From the NCBI GenBank assembly GCA_038321985.1, contig JBBQFN010000052.1, positions 1 to 25,805 of the forward strand: a stretch of DNA of 25,805 nt. The letters run 5' to 3'. A program made the position numbers and the translations under genes. This DNA comes from Cyanophyceae cyanobacterium. Its GTDB lineage: Bacteria > Cyanobacteriota > Cyanobacteriia > Cyanobacteriales > Laspinemataceae. The notes under the pieces are model-generated. The model saw only the letters and a program-made list of their open reading frames with translations. It searched no databases and was not told the DNA's origin. Shown one piece after another: positions 19,301-25,805 of this stretch (its first letter is position 1; each line of letters begins with the position of its first letter).

Positions 19301-20241
19301 TCTGTTTCCACTTTGAAATCGAAGATACGGGCAGGGGAATAGCTCAGGAAGAGTTGCCGGAATTATTTACACCTTTTCATCAAACCGAAACCGGCAAAAC
19401 TGCCTCGGAAGGGACAGGCTTAGGATTGAGTATTAGCCGTAAATTCGTACAAATGATGGGCGGTGATATTGAAGTGATCAGTCGCCTCAATGTGGGGACC
19501 TTGGTTAAGTTTACCATTGAAGTCTCCGTAGCCCAAGCCAGTGACCTCAAAACCGTAAGTCAGGTTCAGCACATTATTGGATTAGAACCGGATCAGCCCC
19601 TCTATCGGATTTTGGTAGCTGACGATCACACTGAAAGTCGCCACTTAATCCGCTGTTACCTCGAACCCCTAGGATTTGAGGTCCGCGAAGCGGAAAATGG
19701 CAAACAAGCTTTAGAAATATGGGAGAATTGGGAACCCCATTTAATAGTAATGGATATGCAAATGCCTGTGATGAATGGTTACGAAGCCACTCGTGAGATC
19801 AGGAGTCATTTAAAGGGTCATGCGACGGTTGTGATTGCGTTAACCGCAAGTGCTTTTGAGGAAAATCGCAGCTTAATTTTGTCCGCCGGTTGTGATGATT
19901 TCCTGCGAAAGCCTTGCCGACAAGACGTCCTTTTGAAAACCTTTGCTCAACATCTAGGAGTGCGTTATAGGTACGAAGATCCGGAGTTTGGAATAGAAGA
20001 TCGGGGTGATTCCCGGGATGCCATGTTTATTTCAGACCCTTCGGCATTGCAAGGAATGCCAGTCACCTGGATTCGTGCATTGCACAACGCTGCTCTTGCT
20101 GCGGATAGTCAAGCCATTGAGGAACTCATTAAGGAAATTCCGGAACATTCTGCCGCGATCGCTCACTCTCTCCAGCACTGGATCGACAACTTTCGATTTG
20201 ACAAAATTACTGAAATCACCCAGGACTTCCTTTATGAATAA
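16327..20241 (+). CDS. Membrane-bound hybrid sensor kinase: multi-TM sensor, 4 PAS, HisKA, HATPase, REC, helical tail
   Basis: About 7 N-terminal hydrophobic helices. PAC motifs, MSHELRTPL, NLVGNAIKFT, DTGRGI, GTGLGLSI. REC ILVADD..MDMQMP..LRKP. Confidence 0.95.
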   Translation: MTYQISRVATAFVILMGAIQLLGWHLNLEWLTNGFAENPYRMKPNTALCFVFSGIALGLVQRLGRPRQWQSVARGLAGVVMAIAVLTLLQYTFGWNFGIDELLVPNLRASSTTPYPGRMGESLALNFIFIATSLFLLRQPTHLHVQIAKILSLVLALLALGPLVGHLFGSQELYQLFVSTTSTAFNTAVTFLLLSVGIFTPPKHGPMRTILSPLVGGKMARRLLPWAITLPLALSWLIFQGQKLGWYDKPTADACLIISEIFIFSIGIYIQAQLLNRIESSHLESQRCFQYAMMNSPVPIMLHAEDGEVQQINSAWSRISGYQLADIPTLNDWTEKADQERNQILSEPPPKTYALEPGKVLDKEQTIRTKTGENLIWYFYAVSLGKTGDGRIITMSTAVDITRRKQAEQALLELNQTLENRIADRTIALEQELHQRQQIDRNLTHSQVLLNSLIECTPDIIAAMDTDFNCLVANQAAKTKFSKLSGRPFEVGQNLLETLSHLPSEQGHAKEVWGRAFRGEHFSITLELGELTQDRHYYEMNYSSMRDPSGEILGASLMGRDVNDRIKTDQSLRESEVRFQAFMNHSPALNWINDHEGKIVYCNLNLANLFHQSVDELVGKTPFDLHPRELAEQHVANNRLVADGGEVLETIESAFRPDGSLSEFLVYKFPIKIEGSEQLIGGVGLDITTQIQVQKALRESEEKLKAILDNAPVGIYVKNLQGQFLLVNQYILDFLQVSEQQCLGQTFAEVMPGEFADLIEANEREIIESGIPYYFEENITLLDGIHTFYTVKLILEDLSGKPYALCVISTDISDRKQAEIALLEAKEAAEAANQTKSVFLANMSHELRTPLNAILGFTQILARDSSLNRQQQEQVAIINRSGEHLLNLINDVLEISKIEAGRSGSHLSSFDFYALLTALQAMLQIKATSKGLQIIFDRDNVPAYITTDESKLRQVLINLVGNAIKFTRKGGISLRVRATPLKEANLESAARFCFHFEIEDTGRGIAQEELPELFTPFHQTETGKTASEGTGLGLSISRKFVQMMGGDIEVISRLNVGTLVKFTIEVSVAQASDLKTVSQVQHIIGLEPDQPLYRILVADDHTESRHLIRCYLEPLGFEVREAENGKQALEIWENWEPHLIVMDMQMPVMNGYEATREIRSHLKGHATVVIALTASAFEENRSLILSAGCDDFLRKPCRQDVLLKTFAQHLGVRYRYEDPEFGIEDRGDSRDAMFISDPSALQGMPVTWIRALHNAALAADSQAIEELIKEIPEHSAAIAHSLQHWIDNFRFDKITEITQDFLYE

Positions 20242-21502
20242 CTCTCAATCCCCAGGCAATTTAGCTGATATTTTAATAGTTGACGATGAACCGAATAATT
20301 TGCATTTATTGTCGGACTTGCTAAAAAAACAAGGCTACAAAATCCGAGGAGCTCTTACGGGAGAAATTGCTTTGTCCGCTGCCAAATCTACTCCCCCTAA
20401 TTTAATTTTGCTAGATATTATGATGCCTGAAATGGATGGATACCAAATTTGTCAGCAGTTAAAAACCAATTCGGATACTTGTCAAATTCCGGTAATTTTT
20501 ATTAGTGTCAGAGACCAAGAATTTGATAAAGTAAAAGCATTTGCAGTTGGAGGGGTAGACTATCTTACTAAACCGTTCCAAGTTGAAGAATTGTTCTCCC
20601 GAATCGAAACTCATCTCAAACTAAATTTCTTGCAAATGAAGTTAGAAGAGCAAAATCATCAATTGCAAGCCGAAATTTCTCAGCGCAAAGCCGCCGAAAA
20701 AGCCCTCCAAAAGCAAAATGAACAGCTAAAGAGGGAAATTTATCACCGTCAACAAACAGAAATAGCCTTGCAAAAATTCAACCAAGAACTCGCTGGTTCT
20801 AATGCCGACTTAGAACAATTTGCCGGGATAGCTTCTCACGATTTGCGATCGCCCTTAGCCACTATCAATGGCTACGCCCAACTGTTGCAAAGATGTGGGA
20901 AAGAACAACTGAACGATGAATGCAATGAATTTGTAAGTCAAATTCTAAAACTTTGCAATCGTACCAATCGATTAATCATAGATTTGCTTTCCTTCTCTCA
21001 TTTGCACCAGGTTCAGGAGCCTTTTCAACTCCTAGCCAGCGATCTGTTAGTCAAGCAGGCTTTGGAAAATCTGACGACTGAAATTTATAAAAATAAAGCC
21101 CAAGTTACCTATGACGATTTGCCTGCAATCATCGGGACAGAATCCCAATTCGTGCAACTCTTCCAAAATTTAATCGGAAATGCAATTAAATACCGGGGCG
21201 AAGAGTCGCCCCAGATTCATATCAGGGCCGTGCTCCAAGAAAATCAGTATTTATTTTCTATCCAAGATAACGGCATCGGGATTGAGGAAAAATATTCTGA
21301 GCATATTTTTCAAATCTTTAAACGCTTGCACACACAAGTCTATCCCGGTAACGGAATTGGATTAGCTACTTGCCGCAAAATGGTCGAACGGCATGGTGGT
21401 TCCATCTGGATCAAATCAGAACCCGGTCAGGGATCCACGTTTTATTTCACGGTACCTACCGAGCAGAAGGTTGCGGAGCCTCATCCCCAATCCGGTTGTT
21501 AA
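20234..21502 (+). CDS. REC-coiled coil-histidine kinase
   Basis: ILIVDDE..LLDIMMP..LTKP, then ASHDLRSPL, NLIGNAIKY, DNGIGI, GNGIGLA. ATG at 20234 overlaps the upstream stop (ATGAATAA). Confidence 0.93.
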   Translation: MNNSQSPGNLADILIVDDEPNNLHLLSDLLKKQGYKIRGALTGEIALSAAKSTPPNLILLDIMMPEMDGYQICQQLKTNSDTCQIPVIFISVRDQEFDKVKAFAVGGVDYLTKPFQVEELFSRIETHLKLNFLQMKLEEQNHQLQAEISQRKAAEKALQKQNEQLKREIYHRQQTEIALQKFNQELAGSNADLEQFAGIASHDLRSPLATINGYAQLLQRCGKEQLNDECNEFVSQILKLCNRTNRLIIDLLSFSHLHQVQEPFQLLASDLLVKQALENLTTEIYKNKAQVTYDDLPAIIGTESQFVQLFQNLIGNAIKYRGEESPQIHIRAVLQENQYLFSIQDNGIGIEEKYSEHIFQIFKRLHTQVYPGNGIGLATCRKMVERHGGSIWIKSEPGQGSTFYFTVPTEQKVAEPHPQSGC

Positions 21503-21649
21503 AAGTCCGTTTTTTATCCACCCGGGCCCAGGGCTACCAAGCGTCTTCCTGTAGCCGCACCCAGTCGGGTGTCGGGTTTTTCCGCTCTATGAAAATCCGA
21601 TGGAGTATCAGATAGCTGCGATCGCCAATCCCAACTCAATCGTTCCAGC

Positions 21650-21681
21650 AAAAAAAACAAGCCCACTGTTGTGGACTTATC
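21650..21681 (-). terminator. Intrinsic terminator after rplL
   Basis: Minus strand reads ATAAGTCCAC-AACA-GTGGGCTTGT followed by a T run. A second hairpin (GGAGTGGCGGAAG/CTTTTGCCACTCC) lies just before it at 21686-21713. Confidence 0.8.
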
Positions 21682-21738
21682 CGGTGGAGTGGCAAAAGCT
21701 CTTCCGCCACTCCTGTATAGTTTCCTAAAAAGAAAATT

Positions 21739-22125
21739 TTACTTGATAGTGACTTTAGCGCCTGCTTCTTCCAGTTGCTTCTTAGCGTCTTCAGCCGCAT
21801 CTTTAGCAATACCTTCTTTAACAGACTTCGGTGCGGATTCCACCATATCTTTGGCTTCTTTCAGACCTAAACCTGTCAAAACGCGGACGACTTTCAGAAC
21901 AGCAATCTTCTTGTCAGCGGGAACTTCTTGGAGAATGACATCAAATTCAGTCTGCTCTTCCACTTCTTCAACAGCAGCAGCAGGGCCAGCAGCCATCATC
22001 ATCCCGCCCACTGGTGCAGCAGCACTCACGCCAAATGCTTCTTCGATTTGCTTGACCAATTCAGACGCTTCAAGCAAGGTCAGGGATTTTAGCTTTTCGA
22101 GAATTTCATCAGTTGCAGTAGACAT
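21739..22125 (-). CDS. rplL: 50S ribosomal protein L7/L12
   Basis: [23 protein letters not shown] and [17 protein letters not shown] lies 7 nt before ATG 22125. Confidence 0.98.
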   Translation of the reverse strand: MSTATDEILEKLKSLTLLEASELVKQIEEAFGVSAAAPVGGMMMAAGPAAAVEEVEEQTEFDVILQEVPADKKIAVLKVVRVLTGLGLKEAKDMVESAPKSVKEGIAKDAAEDAKKQLEEAGAKVTIK

Positions 22126-22225
22126 CGATTGACTCCTATGAAATGTGTAAATGGAATAGTCAGTGGTCCTGGGTCCCTGCTCACGGGTCATTCGTCCGGT
22201 GGCAGTTGACATCTCTTATCTTTGT

Positions 22226-22290
22226 ATCGTTCATCCTTCATCGTTCATCTTTCATCCAGGGACAAATGACCAACGATTCATGACAAACGA
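22226..22290. repeat. Heptamer tandem repeats (STRR-like)
   Basis: Four ATCnTTC units at 22226-22253, then GACAAAT/GACCAAC/GATTCAT/GACAAAC at 22261-22288. Confidence 0.75.
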
Positions 22291-22304
22291 TCCGCGACAA
22301 GCCC

Positions 22305-22856
22305 CTACGCCGCTTGGTCTTCGTCGCTGGTGCTGCCGTCTTTGTCCACGTAGGCTTGGAGACCTCGTGCGACACCCGAGGGAACTTCCTTGATACCCAC
22401 AGCAATCTTGGTTACCACGGCATTGAGAGCCCCGGCAATTTGACCCATGAGTTGTTCCTTCGATGGCAGGTCTCCGATCGCCTTAACTTGCTCCTGTGTC
22501 AGCGCTTTTCCGTCCAAGACACCACCGCGAAGTTCGCTCTTCTTGGTGACTTTTTGGAAGTCTTGATACGCCTTAATCGGACTGTTAAAGTCCTCTTTCA
22601 GGAACAAAAAGGCAGAAGAATCCTTAAGGAATTCCTCCATTGATTGCCAGTTTTCGTCGCCATCAACCGCCCGTCGCATTAGGGTGTTTTTAGCGACTGC
22701 ACAGGTTGCACCGCTTTCGCGCAGACGCCGACGTAAATCAGTAATCTCCGCGACCGTGAGACCTTTGTAATCAATCACAAGCGTCATGTGGGACTGGCTC
22801 AACTGTTGTTTGAGCTCCGTCACCATCGCTTGTTTATCTGCTAGCGTTTTACCCAC
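22305..22856 (-). CDS. rplJ: 50S ribosomal protein L10
   Basis: DYKGLTVAEITDLRRRL, KNTL, LPSKEQL. GTG start with AGGAGGTG upstream. Synteny with rplA and rplL. Confidence 0.97.
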   Translation of the reverse strand: MGKTLADKQAMVTELKQQLSQSHMTLVIDYKGLTVAEITDLRRRLRESGATCAVAKNTLMRRAVDGDENWQSMEEFLKDSSAFLFLKEDFNSPIKAYQDFQKVTKKSELRGGVLDGKALTQEQVKAIGDLPSKEQLMGQIAGALNAVVTKIAVGIKEVPSGVARGLQAYVDKDGSTSDEDQAA

Positions 22857-22982
22857 TCGTTTTCACCTCCTGGTTGGGATGAAGATTAAGAAATTAGAGA
22901 GATTCGGGAGAGGGGGAAATAATCCCCTGTAAAAATCAGTGAAATTAGTAACTCCAACTCCTGAGCCATCCCCCACCCAATC

Positions 22983-23128
22983 AAAAACCCCAGCGTGGTA
23001 GCCGGGGTTAGGTCAAGTTCCGTTGCTGATGTTGTCCAATTATGACCACATCCGCAAGAACGGAAGGATAACGCAAACCTCGGTAGGATATTAAGCCCCT
23101 AGGGGCACCTACTGTCTCCGGCTACTGT
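22983..23128 (-). promoter_or_regulatory. L10 leader RNA with attenuator-like hairpin
   Basis: Minus strand GAGACAGTAGG..TTAA..CCTACCGAGG core upstream of rplJ, followed by AACCCCGGC-loop-GCTGGGGTT-TTT. Confidence 0.85.
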
Positions 23129-23190
23129 GCTATTTAGTTGTGGGGTTTGAAGGGGTAAATTTTGAGTTTCCTCAAAATGGGAAGCGGCTT

Positions 23191-23907
23191 TTACGCCGTT
23201 TCTGTCAGCTTGAGGTCTCGCAAGGCACTAATATCGATTTCAATCGATGGCCCCATCGTAGAAGTCACATACACACTGCGCCAATAGCGACCTTTAGCAC
23301 CGGAAGGACGGTTGCGATCAATGCTTTCTTGCAACGCCTTGAGGTTAACTAGCAGATCTTCAGCCGGGAAAGATGTTTTCCCAAACATGACATGGACAAT
23401 GCCCGTGCGATCGGCTCGAAATTCTAGTTTACCAGCTTTGAACTCGTTAATTGCTTGACCGAGGTCAAAGGTTACCGTACCACCTTTTGGCGAAGGCATC
23501 AACCCCCGGGGGCCGAGAATTTTCCCTAATTTTGCCACTTGAGGCATCATATCCGGAGTGGCAATCAGTTTATCGAAGTCCATGCGGCCTTGTTGGATTT
23601 CGGCGATTAGCTCCTCAGAGCCAGCCAAATCAGCACCCGCCATGGTTGCTTCGTTAACTTTTTCGCCCCGAGCAATGACCGCCACCCGGACGGTTTGACC
23701 CGTTCCTTTGGGGAGCGCAACGGTGGTCCGAAGCTGTTGATCAGTGTACTTGGGGTCGATGCCTAAGCGAATATGCGCTTCGGCAGATTCAGTAAATTTT
23801 GCTGTGGCGGTCTCTTTTAAAAGGTTGAGCGCCTCTACGGGTTCATAAGGCCGCTCTTCGACCTTTTTAACTAGCTCTTGTAATCTACGCGAGATTTTTT
23901 TGGACAT
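23191..23907 (-). CDS. rplA: 50S ribosomal protein L1
   Basis: [32 protein letters not shown]. Confidence 0.98.
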   Translation of the reverse strand: MSKKISRRLQELVKKVEERPYEPVEALNLLKETATAKFTESAEAHIRLGIDPKYTDQQLRTTVALPKGTGQTVRVAVIARGEKVNEATMAGADLAGSEELIAEIQQGRMDFDKLIATPDMMPQVAKLGKILGPRGLMPSPKGGTVTFDLGQAINEFKAGKLEFRADRTGIVHVMFGKTSFPAEDLLVNLKALQESIDRNRPSGAKGRYWRSVYVTSTMGPSIEIDISALRDLKLTETA

Positions 23908-23917
23908 TTTCTCTCCT

Positions 23918-23947
23918 GGGGTCGTAGCGAGGCGATGCCTCTGCCCC
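23918..23947 (-). promoter_or_regulatory. Putative L1-binding leader RNA
   Basis: Minus strand GGGG-CA-GAGGC-ATC-GCCTC-GCTACGA-CCCC: two helices with an asymmetric internal loop, abutting the rplA Shine-Dalgarno AGGAGAG. Confidence 0.65.
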
Positions 23948-24067
23948 TTGTATGGGTCACTCTGCTGAAATTAAGAGAGACAGGCTGTACAGAATGCGAT
24001 CGCACTCCTTGGGAAGCCTCATCTCGGTCAATTCAGAGATTTCAAACCCCAGCTTCTAGAATTTAGT

Positions 24068-24103
24068 AAAATTCTAAAAATCTAAAATCTAAAATCTCCA
24101 ATC
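24068..24103. repeat. AAAATCT heptamer tandem repeat (STRR-like)
   Basis: Three perfect copies at 24077-24097 with degenerate flanks, just after the rplK stop. Confidence 0.75.
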
Positions 24104-24108
24104 GGTTC

Positions 24109-24534
24109 CTAGTCGCCGACGGTCACGCCCATATTGCGAGCGGTTCCTTCCACAATTTTCATGGCCGCTTCAATGTCATTAGCATTGAGGTCGGGCATTT
24201 TGGTCTGGGCGATATCTCGGAGTTGATCCCGGGAGATTTGCGCCACTTTCTTACGATTGGGTTCCCCTGAACCTCTTTCGATCCCTGCTGCCTTGCGAAT
24301 CAAGACAGAGGCGGGAGGGGTTTTCAGAATGAAGGTGAAACTGCGGTCTTCAAAGACGGAAATTTCTACCGGCACCACGAGGCCCACTTGATCGGCAGTT
24401 CTGGCGTTGTATTCTTTACAGAACATCATGATGTTCACGCCATGCTGACCGAGCGCTGGCCCGATTGGGGGTGCGGGGTTGGCTTTTCCGGCATTAATCG
24501 CCAACTTAATCACCGCAACTACTTTTTTTGCCAT
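24109..24534 (-). CDS. rplK: 50S ribosomal protein L11
   Basis: [39 protein letters not shown]. Confidence 0.98.
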   Translation of the reverse strand: MAKKVVAVIKLAINAGKANPAPPIGPALGQHGVNIMMFCKEYNARTADQVGLVVPVEISVFEDRSFTFILKTPPASVLIRKAAGIERGSGEPNRKKVAQISRDQLRDIAQTKMPDLNANDIEAAMKIVEGTARNMGVTVGD

Positions 24535-24551
24535 TTGCTGTGTTAGCTGCT

Positions 24552-25193
24552 TTAACTCAATTTGCGGACTTGATTAAACTCCAGTTCGACGGGGGTATCT
24601 CGTCCGAAGATAGACAGGAGTGCTTTGAGCTTACTGCGCTCTGGGCTAACTTCAATGACTTCCCCATCAAAATCCTTAAAGGGTCCGGAGACCACTTCAA
24701 TTTTTTCTCCAGGAGACAAATAAGTTTTTACTACTGGCTCTGCTTCATCCCGTTGCCTGAATATTCGTTGAACTTCCGAATAACTCAAGGGCATGGGCTT
24801 GACGTGACCGCGTCCGCGTCCGTAACGGCGTTTTTGTTCTGCCCCCACAAAGTTAATCACATGGGGGGTGTTTTTGACAACCTGCCAGCTTTCGTCGTCC
24901 ATATCCATTTGGACCAGGACGTAACCGGGGAAGATTTTTTCATCCGTTTGCTGTCTGCTTCCATCCTTGCGAATTTTAAACGCAGCCGCTTGGGGAATCT
25001 CTACCTGAAAAATCCGGTCACCTACGTCGAGGGTTTGAATCCGCTGTTCTAGGGTCGCCTTAACGCGCTTTTCACAGCCCGAAGCGACTTGCACAGCATA
25101 CCAGCGGCCTGACGCTGATGTGGATTCTTCACTTTCCTCGGTTTCTGACGGTTGAGTTGAATATTCTGAGTCGTCGTCCGATGCAAACATCAT
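24552..25193 (-). CDS. nusG: Transcription factor NusG
   Basis: [33 protein letters not shown] motif [23 protein letters not shown] overlap with the secE stop. Confidence 0.97.
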   Translation of the reverse strand: MMFASDDDSEYSTQPSETEESEESTSASGRWYAVQVASGCEKRVKATLEQRIQTLDVGDRIFQVEIPQAAAFKIRKDGSRQQTDEKIFPGYVLVQMDMDDESWQVVKNTPHVINFVGAEQKRRYGRGRGHVKPMPLSYSEVQRIFRQRDEAEPVVKTYLSPGEKIEVVSGPFKDFDGEVIEVSPERSKLKALLSIFGRDTPVELEFNQVRKLS

Positions 25194-25411
25194 CCGAACA
25201 CCTGTGTAGCTGCCCAACCAAACAATTTATCGATGAAATAGATTAAGCTGGCAATTAAGGCGACCATCGATAAGACGGCCAACGATTCACTAATTACCTG
25301 CTGCCGAGACGGCCAAACTACCTTAGCAAGTTCTTCTTTTGTTTCCTGGAAAAACTCTGCGGGATTGAAACCGCTTGCTGTTTCTTGGTCTGCTTCGTTT
25401 TTCTTTGCCAC
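25190..25411 (-). CDS. secE: Preprotein translocase subunit SecE
   Basis: EELAKVVWPSR plus one TM helix. GTG at 25411 with GGGAGAGGA upstream. Located between trnW and nusG. Confidence 0.93.
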   Translation of the reverse strand: MAKKNEADQETASGFNPAEFFQETKEELAKVVWPSRQQVISESLAVLSMVALIASLIYFIDKLFGWAATQVFG

Positions 25412-25667
25412 AATTGCTTTTCCTCTCCCAGTGAACGCAACAACAGGCAGTTCTTTCTTGGCAACAGCTTTCATGCGATCGCCGGTGAACAGGCCACTCG
25501 TTATTTTATGGCTTCACTCGTCGCCGTTTTAGCTTAACCTTTGTGTTGTTCTTCCAATACTTGGTATGAACCACCCAGATAATAATTCTACCCGAAAGTT
25601 TTTAGCTGGTTTACTGTTTTTACAGCAGACCTACTTTCGGGCAGATATCTTTCGGAAGATGGTTCAG

Positions 25668-25740
25668 CGCGCCCTGGAGGACTTGAACCCCCGACATCAG
25701 GTTTTGGAGACCTGCGTTCTACCAACTGAACTAAGAGCGC
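25668..25740 (-). tRNA. trnW: tRNA-Trp(CCA)
   Basis: 73-nt cloverleaf: acceptor GCGCTCT/AGGGCGC, anticodon arm CAGGT-CTCCAAA-ACCTG, T-loop GTTCAAG. 3' CCA not encoded. Confidence 0.98.
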
Positions 25741-25805
25741 ATGAGCTGAACTGATCAGATTGCTACTTGCCCAGTCTAACAGCTATTAGCGGTTTAACTT
25801 TTAGC

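Larger units (their letters stand above)
434..25483. repeat. Dispersed HIP1 octamer GCGATCGC (dozens of copies)
   Basis: Copies read directly, first at 434-441 and last at 25476-25483, dense across the left two-thirds. HIP1 is the established cyanobacterial over-represented palindrome. Confidence 0.97.

Noticed and set aside
20006..20233. 76-aa N-terminal extension of the REC-kinase ORF in the track
   Set aside because: It overlaps the upstream kinase out of frame. ATG 20234 directly precedes the REC domain and couples to the upstream stop.
21671..25052. Plus-strand ORFs 21671-22132, 22314-22643 and 24528-25052
   Set aside because: Antisense shadows of rplL, rplJ and nusG with no recognisable motifs.
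25394..25474. VAKKE in the upstream in-frame extension echoing the SecE start VAKKNE
   Set aside because: Only four residues in A-rich sequence, so plausibly chance. It is weaker than the rplL echo, and the Shine-Dalgarno supports GTG 25411.
25566..25754. 62-aa plus-strand ORF
   Set aside because: It overlaps tRNA-Trp on the opposite strand.
1..25805. CRISPR array, transposase, integrase or prophage genes
   Set aside because: No regularly spaced repeat-spacer units and no such protein motifs seen; the tRNA-Trp flank is native secE sequence.

Overview
Chromosomal window from a cyanobacterium: the HIP1 octamer GCGATCGC is abundant, and the repeat types suggest a filamentous, Oscillatoriales-like lineage (inference). 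Left to right it carries a large PAS/GAF hybrid histidine kinase, a minus-strand run (era, an XPB/Rad25-like SF2 helicase, a TPR-like lipoprotein), two membrane-protein genes, a REP-flanked Uma2 nuclease gene, a two-gene EndoU cassette, a dacB-type carboxypeptidase, a coupled pair of hybrid kinases, and the core cluster trnW-secE-nusG-rplK-rplA-rplJ-rplL with L1 and L10 leader RNAs. Most of this is ordinary. The best candidate for an undescribed system is 13355-14286: a small signal-peptide-bearing EndoU RNase with six mature Cys and no delivery domain, translationally coupled to an acidic cytoplasmic partner, which resembles barnase/barstar logic. All calls come from reading motifs by eye; no searches were run.
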